Virus record (IMG/VR): IMGVR_UViG_3300033513_000003
Coordinates: 7,533-71,532 of that record
DNA: 64,000 bases
DNA from: a virus
Taxonomy: Duplodnaviria; Caudoviricetes
Strand: one strand, 5' to 3'
Part shown: piece by piece, positions 23,336 through 32,260 of the stretch
Position numbering within the stretch: the stretch's first letter is position 1
Layout of the letters: the number at the start of each line of letters is the position of its first letter
Notes under the pieces: generated by a model
What the model was told of the DNA's origin: nothing
Databases searched by the model: none
What the model saw: the letters and a program-made list of their open reading frames with translations, nothing else
Program-made: the position numbers and the translations under genes

Positions 23336-24166
23336 ATGAACGATAAAGACGAATTAAGTCTAACCACAATGATCAATTTGAATGCTAGCCAACGAGGCAA
23401 ATTCAGATTGACGTTTCTCGGTACAGGAAGTGCATTCACAGTCGGCGATGGCAATTGGCAAAGTAACTTGTTGCTTGAAGACCTAAATAGCGACAGAAAA
23501 CTGTTGCTTGACTGCGGAACTGATATTCGTCTATCGCTGCATGAGGCTGGTTTTAAAATGTCTGACATTACTGACATTTACGTTAGCCACCCTCATGCTG
23601 ACCATATTGGTGGCCTCGAGGGTGTTGCATTCTCCACTAAGTGGATTCCCAACCGCAAAAAGACGAACCTGTACATGAGCAGACGATTTGTATCTGATTT
23701 GTGGGGCAAGAGTTTGGCGGGTGGATTGGAGTCCATCGAAGGTGAAATCACAGATCTCAACACATTTTTTGATGTGCATGCAATCGGTGTAAAAGGCCGA
23801 TTCGAATGGCAGGGTATAAACTTCCAATTGGTTCAAGTTGTACATATTATGAACGGATTTGAAATCGTGCCCTCGTACGGCTTGCTATTTTCGATCAACG
23901 GTGTTACCGTATTCTTCACGTCGGATACACAGTTTAATTCGCAGCTGGTTAAGTTTTATGATACCGCTAATGTCATCCTTCACGATTGTGAAACTAGCAA
24001 ATACCCATCTGGAGTGCATGCGCACTTCGATGCACTCAAAGCGCTTGATCCAAAGTTCAAAACTAAGATGTGGCTATACCACTACCAACCTGGTCAACTT
24101 CCAGATGCTGTAGCTGAGGGATTTCAGGGTTTTGCAAAGAAGGGCCAAGTATTCAATTTTGTATAA
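23336..24166 (+). CDS. MBL-fold cyclic-nucleotide phosphodiesterase, Apyc1-like
   Basis: GTGSAF, LLDCG, HPHADHIGGLE, LW..SL.GGL, SDT, HDC, GVHA, HY motifs in Apyc1 order and length. Confidence 0.75.
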   Translation: MNDKDELSLTTMINLNASQRGKFRLTFLGTGSAFTVGDGNWQSNLLLEDLNSDRKLLLDCGTDIRLSLHEAGFKMSDITDIYVSHPHADHIGGLEGVAFSTKWIPNRKKTNLYMSRRFVSDLWGKSLAGGLESIEGEITDLNTFFDVHAIGVKGRFEWQGINFQLVQVVHIMNGFEIVPSYGLLFSINGVTVFFTSDTQFNSQLVKFYDTANVILHDCETSKYPSGVHAHFDALKALDPKFKTKMWLYHYQPGQLPDAVAEGFQGFAKKGQVFNFV

Positions 24167-24966
24167 GTTGTTTAATATATTCGGTTGCACTTACTTTATC
24201 TTTGAGTAAGTCTTCGGATATTCGGTAAATCGTATATCCATGTTCTGTAGCCTTGGTTTCACAAAGTGCATCTCTTGTTTTTTGCTGTGGTGTTGAATGC
24301 CAATAATTACCATCCACTTCAATTAATATGTTATAGTCCGATAAATTAAAATCATAGCAGTGTCTAAACCAAGGTTCGCTTCCGCCAAGCCAGCCTTCCT
24401 GAATTAAAAATTGCTGCATAAATGTGATTTTTAGATTGGATAAAATCTCAATAACTGCTAGGTTCAGGCTTAGTATTGACACTTTTAAACAGTCTACCTT
24501 CTTTTAACAACTTTGTAATATTTTGTGATGCTATATTTCTGTGTTTTTGTGTTCGCTGGTATTTTCCAATATTGGTGTTATCTCGAGTTTGGGCAGATCG
24601 CACCATTTTTTCTCGTGAAATTGCTGAGTGAGTTCTTCCATACATTGGATTGTTTTCTCCAGACGTATCAATCTGTTCTTTAGCTTTGGTTATATTGGCG
24701 GCGCGGGCAGATCGCCACACTTCGTCTTCATGCAGTACTTTTAACTTGTCGTGTGCCAGCACTGATAGTTGTTTCATGTGTGTTATTTTATCTCCCAGCG
24801 ATGTCCAGTTGTTATCTCGAGACTGTTGTTGTTTTTCTGTTACAGCTGGACATTGCGTTACCTTTTCTTGGCATCGCTTTCGTTTGGTGTTTACTGAAAC
24901 GTAAAAAGCTTGCCGGGTGCAGTAAAAACATGTATCATCGGTAGATGGATTATTAATTTTTGGCAT
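24153..24966 (-). pseudogene. NUMOD3 + Vsr/DUF559-like endonuclease, frameshifted
   Basis: Two ORFs join as NTKPE-LAVIEIL if one C at 24461-24462 is removed; YDF...IEVDGNYWH motif. Confidence 0.7.
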
Positions 24967-25020
24967 GGTAGTTAAAACATAAATACAATATGTCTATCGT
25001 TATTTATAAGGAATACACAA

Positions 25021-25386
25021 ATGGTATCAAAAAATGTAACAGCTGAAGTATATTGTACTTTGCATATCGAGGGCACACACAATTGGCCAGATTGTCCATT
25101 GGAGGAGGTAGATTATTTGAGGTCTCCGCATCGACATTTATTTGGAATTAAAGCACACGTGGCGGTTAATCACGATGACAGATTTGTAGAGTTTATAGCT
25201 CTTAAACATGAGATTCAATCATACATTCGCAATACATACTACAACGTATCGAAGAATCTACACGTATTTGGTGCGATGAGTTGCGAAATGTTGGCGCGAG
25301 AACTGATCGAAAAATTTAACTTAACAAAATGTGAAGTCGATGAAGATGGCGAAAATGGAGCCATCCTAACCGTCATAAGTGTGTAA
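25021..25386 (+). CDS. queD: QueD-like 6-carboxytetrahydropterin synthase
   Basis: H.WPDCP...PHRH.F...DRFVEFI...SCEMLA T-fold motif; near FolE2. Confidence 0.65.
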   Translation: MVSKNVTAEVYCTLHIEGTHNWPDCPLEEVDYLRSPHRHLFGIKAHVAVNHDDRFVEFIALKHEIQSYIRNTYYNVSKNLHVFGAMSCEMLARELIEKFNLTKCEVDEDGENGAILTVISV

Positions 25387-25388
25387 CC

Positions 25389-25847
25389 ATGATTACGTAC
25401 ATCAAGAAAGATATAACCACAGTTGAGCGCGGAATTGTGTTGCATGGATGCAATGCACGTGGCAAACAAGGATCAGGAGTAGCGTTGGCTGTTAGGAATA
25501 AATGGCCAACCGAATACACCGAATACGCTAAGCTGTGCGAAGAGTTCAAAGACAATGCAATGAGCTTGCTTGGATACTTGCAGCTTGTTGAAGTGGGGCG
25601 TGGATTGTTTGTTGGTAATGCCATCACTCAACTTAACTACGGATACGATGGTGGAGTATATGCTGATATAGACGCCGTTAAATCTAGTTTAACGCGTGCC
25701 GTATTGGAAGCAAAGGAAAGGGAATTGCCTTTGTATTTGCCAAGGATAGGATGCGGTCTTGGTGGACTTAGCTGGGAGAAGCAAGTTGGCCCAATCCTTG
25801 AACAACTGAACAGCAAAGATGTCGACATCTACGTGTGTGATTTATGA
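25389..25847 (+). CDS. Macrodomain (ADP-ribose binding/hydrolase) protein
   Basis: IKKDIT...HGCNA.G..GSGVA...PRIGCGLGGLSW. Confidence 0.85.
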   Translation: MITYIKKDITTVERGIVLHGCNARGKQGSGVALAVRNKWPTEYTEYAKLCEEFKDNAMSLLGYLQLVEVGRGLFVGNAITQLNYGYDGGVYADIDAVKSSLTRAVLEAKERELPLYLPRIGCGLGGLSWEKQVGPILEQLNSKDVDIYVCDL

Positions 25848-26669
25848 AGAGGTAGATAGATTCTCTAGCCATGTTTTGGCGTCTATGCCCAATGAACCAT
25901 CCAACGATATGATAAGGACTGTATACCCCAGATTGGTCAATAATTGTTGATATCTATCCCGTTGATCACTGACGTGTGATTTTGTCCAGTTATGAGAAGA
26001 CAATTTTAGTTCAATACCTAATTTAGCTTCTGGGATGAGAAGATCGATTTTGCTGGTGTGCTCCTCATCTAAAAATACTTCTTTGTACACGAACCACCCT
26101 GTTCGGCGAATAATTTCACCAGCAAACCAATATTTAAAATCGCGTTCTTTTGGTATTTCTGGTAATGTGTGAATTTGAGCAAGCTCTTGAAACTTCTCTT
26201 GGGTTTGTTGTTTTCTTTTTGCTGCGTGGCGTTGTCGTTGAGCGGGTCGGAATGCTTGTAATTTATCGTGGTTGGCGACCCTATACTGCTTGTCGTATTC
26301 TCGATTTGTAGCGTACCAAGTCTGTCTCCATGCTATCAGCTTAGCTTGTGTTTCTTCATTATAGTACCATTTCTTGTGGCGACTGAGACAGTAATCTTTG
26401 TTATCCACATACCATTTTTTATTTTGTTCTGATCTTACTTCTCTGTTTTCGTGGTATTTGTTGCTTGCATATGTCGGATTTTGCTTTCGCCACTCTATCA
26501 TAACCTCGGGTCGAGCGATTCGATATTCAGCCCCCCGAATTCTATCACATTCAATGCAATGTCCATTGTGGGTATTTCGTTCACTCATATGACCATGCTT
26601 ACACGGTTTGCCCGTAAAATATCTTGGAAGTTGTTGACTCTTAGCGGCTGCCCGGGATATAATATTCAT
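25842..26669 (-). CDS. Homing endonuclease-like protein: RYFTGKPC zinc module plus PD-(D/E)XK nuclease
   Basis: RYFTGKPCKHGH...CIEC N-terminus; KIDLL...GIELK C-terminus. Confidence 0.7.
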   Translation of the reverse strand: MNIISRAAAKSQQLPRYFTGKPCKHGHMSERNTHNGHCIECDRIRGAEYRIARPEVMIEWRKQNPTYASNKYHENREVRSEQNKKWYVDNKDYCLSRHKKWYYNEETQAKLIAWRQTWYATNREYDKQYRVANHDKLQAFRPAQRQRHAAKRKQQTQEKFQELAQIHTLPEIPKERDFKYWFAGEIIRRTGWFVYKEVFLDEEHTSKIDLLIPEAKLGIELKLSSHNWTKSHVSDQRDRYQQLLTNLGYTVLIISLDGSLGIDAKTWLENLSTSS

Positions 26670-26735
26670 ATGCAATTCTCCATAAATATATTTATAGTGG
26701 ATTTGCCAAAATAATTAAAACATAAGGAAATCAAT

Positions 26736-27326
26736 ATGTTAGTTGCGGTATCAGGGTCTCAATCGTCAGGAAAATCAACAATTCTCAGCAATCTGCGTGC
26801 AGCAGGTTATACAACAATAGACAGGAAGACATCGAGATCAATTCTCGCAGATTGGAACGTCACGCTCCAAGAAGTAAATAGTGACTTCGACCTCACGATT
26901 AAGTTCCAGCAGGAAATCATTAACCGCAAGTTTCAAGACGAGTTGGTAGCAAAGCAAAAGCCTGGTTTGTACTTCACAGAACGAACCTACGCTGATTTGT
27001 TCACGTATGCGCTCATCACTCTCGGCAAAGAGAACCAGTACTCAGATTGGCTGGACAAGTATTATGTCCAATGCATGCAGATGCAACAATCATACGACTT
27101 AGTGTATTATCTGAAGGCAGGACATTTCATTCCCGAACATGACGGAGTAAGAGGTTCAAGTGCTCACTACAGTCGAATGGTTGACTTAGTTATGCTGGAC
27201 TTTACGCAGCAAATGACACACCAAAATGTACTATCAGTTGTAGATACACCAATCCTGGAACAGCGGATAGCCATGATAAAAACACATACCTCAGGATTAA
27301 TAACACGCACAGAACGGAGACCATAA
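26736..27326 (+). CDS. P-loop nucleotide kinase-like protein (dNMP kinase/AAA_28 type)
   Basis: SGSQSSGKST Walker A, ERTYAD, DGVR. Confidence 0.75.
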   Translation: MLVAVSGSQSSGKSTILSNLRAAGYTTIDRKTSRSILADWNVTLQEVNSDFDLTIKFQQEIINRKFQDELVAKQKPGLYFTERTYADLFTYALITLGKENQYSDWLDKYYVQCMQMQQSYDLVYYLKAGHFIPEHDGVRGSSAHYSRMVDLVMLDFTQQMTHQNVLSVVDTPILEQRIAMIKTHTSGLITRTERRP

Positions 27327-27330
27327 TAAT

Positions 27331-28377
27331 ATGAGCAATGAAAAGAAAATCACCTACCGTTTGTTTAGACACAACGACTACAGCAGGCATATGCCTCACT
27401 TGGATTTCAAGTATGACGCTGAGTACTATCCAAACGATGCCGACCTGCCAGATCCGCAGATCGACCCATTTATTCCCGGATCGCTAATTCCAATCAATAA
27501 GGTTGGTGTTTCCGGTGTTGATTTGCCTGTGACGTTTATTCGTCGTGATGGTACAACAGAGCGTTTGCATGCACGTGTATCGCTGTATGGTTCACTCGAC
27601 AACCCAAAAGCTAAGGGATTGAACCTCAGTCGTTTCCCGATTGTTATGCACGAAGCTATTGCTGACCATCTTTCCATAGAAGGTCTCAAGGCAGTGCTTG
27701 ATGTTTTGCAGAAGAAGCAGAACTCTACCAGTGTGTATTGCAAGATGAAGTTCAAGTATCCTTGGACACAACAAGCATTGCGCACACGTAAAGAGCTTGG
27801 ACCTTTCAAAGAAGGTACTGATCCAACACAACATCCAAACTTTTTTAAAGAAGTTGATGGTGCATATTTGAGTACCGAAAAGATGGAAGGGTACATTTTC
27901 TATGACTGCGTGCTAGAAGGCCAGAAGCATGGTGATGAGTACAAGTTCTACCTGACAGTTGACTACATCTATTCTTCTACTTGCCCATGCTCTTTCGAGC
28001 TTGCGCAGGATGCAATGACAAAGCGTGGTAAGGCGGCAAACGGCCACTCTCAACGCAGTATCGGTAAGATCACAGTCCAGTTTGATCCATCGAATCCTGT
28101 CTTTATTGAAGACATCGTTGAAATGGCACGCCATAAAGTTCCAACTGAAGTTGTGATCATTTGTAAGCGCCGTGACGAGCAGGCTTTTGCTGAATTGAAC
28201 GGAAGCAACTTGCTGTTTACAGAAGATGCAATTCGCTTGTTCTACGAAGGTCTGGATGAACTGTTTGTAGAAGGCAAAGTGCTTGACTTCAGCATTGTCA
28301 CGGATCACCTGGAAAGTCTGCATCCATGGAATGCAACGGCAATTACCTGTAAAGGTATTCCTGGAGGATTGCGATAA
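27331..28377 (+). CDS. folE2: GTP cyclohydrolase I type B (FolE2)
   Basis: INKVGV, GLNLSR, YSSTCPCS, HSQRS, KRRDEQAFAE, F.EDAIR, H.ESLH. Confidence 0.85.
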   Translation: MSNEKKITYRLFRHNDYSRHMPHLDFKYDAEYYPNDADLPDPQIDPFIPGSLIPINKVGVSGVDLPVTFIRRDGTTERLHARVSLYGSLDNPKAKGLNLSRFPIVMHEAIADHLSIEGLKAVLDVLQKKQNSTSVYCKMKFKYPWTQQALRTRKELGPFKEGTDPTQHPNFFKEVDGAYLSTEKMEGYIFYDCVLEGQKHGDEYKFYLTVDYIYSSTCPCSFELAQDAMTKRGKAANGHSQRSIGKITVQFDPSNPVFIEDIVEMARHKVPTEVVIICKRRDEQAFAELNGSNLLFTEDAIRLFYEGLDELFVEGKVLDFSIVTDHLESLHPWNATAITCKGIPGGLR

Positions 28378-28574
28378 TGAATCACATTCCTTTACCTGGG
28401 CTGACTTCGAGATGTACTAAAGATGAAGAGCTATATAATGCACGAGCAGTCCGCGCATATGCAATGCAGTTAGCAATGAGAATCCGTGACAACACCACTT
28501 CAGCTAGTGCGGTTGTTACGGTAGCCAAAGATATAGAAGATTACATCTTAAACGGCAAGAAAGAACAGCAGTAA
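28377..28574 (+). CDS. Small hypothetical protein
   Basis: TAATG coupling. Confidence 0.6.
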   Translation: MNHIPLPGLTSRCTKDEELYNARAVRAYAMQLAMRIRDNTTSASAVVTVAKDIEDYILNGKKEQQ

Positions 28575-28578
28575 ACAT

Positions 28579-28609
28579 AAAGAGCCAGAACCCCTGGCTC
28601 TTTTCTTTT
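28579..28609 (+). terminator. Rho-independent terminator
   Basis: AAGAGCCAG-aaccc-CTGGCTCTT plus T tract. Confidence 0.8.
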
Positions 28610-28643
28610 GGACATAAATATAGGTATCTTTAAGGATTACCAT

Positions 28644-29123
28644 ATGAAACCAAAACTTACATCCGTGCTGTCCGAAGCTATTGCTGGCTACAAGAAACTC
28701 TCTAACCCTCAAGATGAGGCAACTGATGAGGTAGATCTTGACGTTCCTGCAGACGATGAAGTGGATCTTGACGCAGAAGGTGGCGATAATGAAGTTGATT
28801 TGGATCTTGATGGTGAAGACGATACTGGTATCATGGCGGATATCGGAGACGAAGCCGAAGCAGATCCTGACCGTCAAGGTCTAATTCGCACTGTACCTAA
28901 AGCTCATCTAATCTATAAGCGTGAACAAAACGACGGTACTTTCGAAGAGCTATGGATATACAACATTGGCGATATCAGGAATGATATGGCTACAAAGAAG
29001 GCTATTCTAGCCGGAACAGACATTCCTACCAACAGAACAAGATCGGAAGATGGAGAACAGGAGTGCTCCGTATGGTCGGTTGGCAATGCAGAACTCCTTT
29101 TAATCAAAGGGTTATCTAACTAA
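28644..29123 (+). CDS. Late-promoter hypothetical protein with acidic linker
   Basis: CATAAATA upstream; DEVDLD repeats. Confidence 0.7.
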   Translation: MKPKLTSVLSEAIAGYKKLSNPQDEATDEVDLDVPADDEVDLDAEGGDNEVDLDLDGEDDTGIMADIGDEAEADPDRQGLIRTVPKAHLIYKREQNDGTFEELWIYNIGDIRNDMATKKAILAGTDIPTNRTRSEDGEQECSVWSVGNAELLLIKGLSN

Positions 29124-29190
29124 TACCAGTTGTCATTTTGCACGAAAAGTAGTACTATATTCATATAATAACACATAAAGGAGAACCACC

Positions 29191-29544
29191 GTGGCAGGAG
29201 ATATTGGAGCTGAGCTCAACACACAAACTATTGCAGATACTGACCTTCAGGCTGCAGTACCATCCAGGGAAGAAATCAAGGATGCAAGGCTTGAAGAATG
29301 GAAAGAATCTATCCAAAAAGAGTTGCAGCGTCTTGTAATGATGGCATCGCTGATCAGAAAGTCTATTGATACAGCTAAGACACAGGTCAAGAAAGACTAC
29401 TACGGCAAGAAATTCAAGAAAGTCAATGCAGAAGTATTGCGCCTTGTTTCGTACTTGCAGTACATGCAGCAACTGGAAGCATCACAAAATCAACCTACCG
29501 AAGTGGCAGCACATGAAGATACACCAGCAACCGAAGCCGTCTAA
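29191..29544 (+). CDS. Hypothetical helical protein
   Basis: AGGAG RBS. Confidence 0.7.
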   Translation: MAGDIGAELNTQTIADTDLQAAVPSREEIKDARLEEWKESIQKELQRLVMMASLIRKSIDTAKTQVKKDYYGKKFKKVNAEVLRLVSYLQYMQQLEASQNQPTEVAAHEDTPATEAV

Positions 29545-29809
29545 TCGCATTAAATGGCCTGAACTGTACTTCTCTGCAGAAGCAAACAGAGAACCATTTC
29601 AAGAAGTACTAATTACAACTGCCGAAAAAGAGTTTGTAAAACTCCACAAAGGTAACATTACGGTAGGCATTAAGGCAGATGTAAAGGATGACGATATACT
29701 TTGGTATGCACTAGATATGGTTGCCGATGCACTGGATAAACTAAACAGCAAAGATGGTGTTGTTTACTTTGAGTCCGAAGTGCATCAGCAAGCCGAATAC
29801 CTCCATTAA
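29513..29809 (+). CDS. Hypothetical protein
   Basis: Overlapping ORF in operon. Confidence 0.55.
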   Translation: MKIHQQPKPSNRIKWPELYFSAEANREPFQEVLITTAEKEFVKLHKGNITVGIKADVKDDDILWYALDMVADALDKLNSKDGVVYFESEVHQQAEYLH

Positions 29810-30606
29810 GTTATCACAACTGTTTCCAGCTGCATTGAGAGATGCCATACAATCTCATAGACGTTTGGCACAATTCTCTGACGGTCCTGATCCATGTACG
29901 GCGTAGATAATGACTCAATTATTTGATGAATTACTGCTTGTCGTGCTGGATCAAACCAGAACATCTTCACCACATCAAACTTTTCGCGTTCCCACCTAGC
30001 TTTAAGACCAGCTATTCCCATTGGGTCTATACCAAATGTCATCACGTTTTGTGGCACATCTAGCTCATGTATAATGTAGTACACTTGTGAACGCTGCGCT
30101 TCTTGTCTTGCCTGAATAGCTTCAACTGGCTTGTTACCTAACCAATGATTCCAGCTTTTCCAGTCTTTGTATATAAGCTCAGGCCGAGCTGGGATGTCTG
30201 CTGGTAGGTCGTTGTCTCTGCAGTATGCTAGCCATTCCTGAAAACCACCTAGACGCAATGAGTGCACCCACAGAACAGCCTCGTTAAGATCACGCCACTT
30301 TGTTCCGATCTTTTCGTTGAATTTGTTATTGTTGCCAAGGAAGTCATTCCACGAAACCCACTCTTCGGTATACACACGATAGGGGAAACGAGGAACCACT
30401 TTAGGGTTGTTTCGATCATACCACTCCAAATATTTGCCACGTGATGGAATCATCTCGCCACGAACAAATTCACGGGCCTCCTCAAAAGGAAGGTATGTTG
30501 TATTCTTCTTACGCCCACCTTTTCTCGGGGGTTTTGGTGATGCTTCAGGTCCTAGAGGTTCAGCTGTTGTGTCTTCTTTGACTTCTTGTTTCTTCGTTTT
30601 TGCCAT
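29806..30606 (-). CDS. Protein with two phage-integrase-type repeat units
   Basis: FEEAREF...W...P...P.RVY.EW.SWNDFLG repeated twice. Confidence 0.65.
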   Translation of the reverse strand: MAKTKKQEVKEDTTAEPLGPEASPKPPRKGGRKKNTTYLPFEEAREFVRGEMIPSRGKYLEWYDRNNPKVVPRFPYRVYTEEWVSWNDFLGNNNKFNEKIGTKWRDLNEAVLWVHSLRLGGFQEWLAYCRDNDLPADIPARPELIYKDWKSWNHWLGNKPVEAIQARQEAQRSQVYYIIHELDVPQNVMTFGIDPMGIAGLKARWEREKFDVVKMFWFDPARQAVIHQIIESLSTPYMDQDRQRIVPNVYEIVWHLSMQLETVVIT

Positions 30607-30716
30607 GTGCAATCTCCTTTCGGATATTTACACCATCAAAAATTGTGGTGACTTATTCGGGTACGCTCTATACCCCAATATAAATACACCTATAATCACA
30701 CGGAGACTATAACTAT

Positions 30717-31205
30717 ATGGCTACACCAAAGCGTTCAACCACTAAAACAACAAAAACCAAAGTCGCGGCTGAACCAAAGAAGACCTCCGTGCCATTGATT
30801 ATTGAACCACATCCTGTTGATTATCAAGGTTTCCCATTCATTACATTGATTCAGTATAGAAAGCATCCAATGCTAACTATCGTTGATAATGCCACAGAAG
30901 ACCTCATTCAAGTATTTGCGCTGGATTTATGCGGGCCTGAGAGTGTTAATGAAGAACTGATCATCTCTGTTGCATCAGAGTGGTACTTGCATAACAGAAA
31001 CAACTTCCCTGTATCATTCGAGTTCTCACGCAGAGGTATTGTATCCCATACATCCAAAATCTATCGCTCATTGAACGTAGAGTTTGTATCGAGAGTTATT
31101 GGTCCAGTGCCTAAGTATCCAATGAGCACTGTAAAGAGTGTGAAGCGCAGAAGGCGTAAACCTCTACCTCCAAATATTGAAATCCATGCGCTAAATCAGG
31201 AATGA
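30717..31205 (+). CDS. Late-promoter hypothetical protein
   Basis: TATAAATA at ~30679; GGAG RBS. Confidence 0.7.
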   Translation: MATPKRSTTKTTKTKVAAEPKKTSVPLIIEPHPVDYQGFPFITLIQYRKHPMLTIVDNATEDLIQVFALDLCGPESVNEELIISVASEWYLHNRNNFPVSFEFSRRGIVSHTSKIYRSLNVEFVSRVIGPVPKYPMSTVKSVKRRRRKPLPPNIEIHALNQE

Positions 31206-31592
31206 TTTAGCGTATACTTCACGAAGCAGGGATCCAGCAGGATAAGTGGATTCCAGTGGAGGTAATTCACCACCTGGTGCAGGTGGGGCGGCTGCTGGTT
31301 GTTGAGGAGCAGGTGCAGCACCAGGAACAAGCGCTCGTCCAGCATCTGTTAGTTCACCCATTTCATCTGCAATATTCTCTTCCGTTGCAATACGCATTCC
31401 TGCGTCAGTTAGGGATGCTTCACCAGCCGCAAAATTGATAATACCAAGCTTCATTAGCATATTGCGCGCTGCAATCAGATTTTGGCTGCCTGCCAAGGAT
31501 TCGGCTGCAAGTTTTGGTGTGGCTGCAGCAAGAATAAGTGCAATCACTTGCTTTTGAGTTGCGGATGGGTGAATAGATGAAAGAATTCGCAT
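31191..31592 (-). CDS. Hypothetical protein with Pro/Ala-rich tail
   Basis: Late promoter TATAAATA upstream (- strand, ~31616-31623). Confidence 0.65.
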   Translation of the reverse strand: MRILSSIHPSATQKQVIALILAAATPKLAAESLAGSQNLIAARNMLMKLGIINFAAGEASLTDAGMRIATEENIADEMGELTDAGRALVPGAAPAPQQPAAAPPAPGGELPPLESTYPAGSLLREVYAKSFLI

Positions 31593-31618
31593 ATAATGTC
31601 CTGAAGTCGTTCGTATAT

Positions 31619-32194
31619 TTATAGTCGGCCTTGACTAATCAGGTGCAATTGCAGAACAATTGTCATTGCATATGCTATGGCATGACTTTTGCGGAACGAT
31701 GACTTATCATCGTTCGCTTGTCTGTACAATAATGGTCTAATCTTTTCTTTGTTGGCTAAGTAGTCGTCAAGCAATTGACGTTTGCCAGGACGTATCAAGG
31801 CTATAATATCCGCTAGTTCGATTACTGACTTTGGCTTAACTCTACTGATGATATTGTAGTGTTTGCTGATTTGGAACAGTTTGAACACGTTATCTTCGAT
31901 TAGAAGCAGGTTCCAATCCGGTTCCTTCTTTGCTAATTCACGAACTTCTTCTTTGCTCTTAAAATAGTCCAGAACTGTAAGGTGAAGGAAGTCAATCTTG
32001 AAGTATCCAAGCACACTTGCTTCTTCGTATGGAATTGCAGCTAATCCTGTAGTCTGATCTACAGGAACTGTCTGAAAGTAAACGCCACATGGGTGTTTGA
32101 GCAGCTCCCCGTCCTTAACCATAGAAGCTGTAACAACCTGCTTAAATGTTTGTTGAGGACGGAATGTGCTCGGTAGGTCAATATCAATATCCAT
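31619..32194 (-). CDS. DnaE-like (family C) polymerase, C-terminal piece with catalytic aspartates
   Basis: MDIDID, KHPCGV, YFKIDFL, FQI, ALIRPG, FRKSHAIAYA. Confidence 0.8.
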   Translation of the reverse strand: MDIDIDLPSTFRPQQTFKQVVTASMVKDGELLKHPCGVYFQTVPVDQTTGLAAIPYEEASVLGYFKIDFLHLTVLDYFKSKEEVRELAKKEPDWNLLLIEDNVFKLFQISKHYNIISRVKPKSVIELADIIALIRPGKRQLLDDYLANKEKIRPLLYRQANDDKSSFRKSHAIAYAMTIVLQLHLISQGRL

Positions 32195-32260
32195 TTTTTT
32201 GAATTCAATGAGTATTATTATAAATATTATAGTATGTTGCCTGCAGGAGATTATACGACA

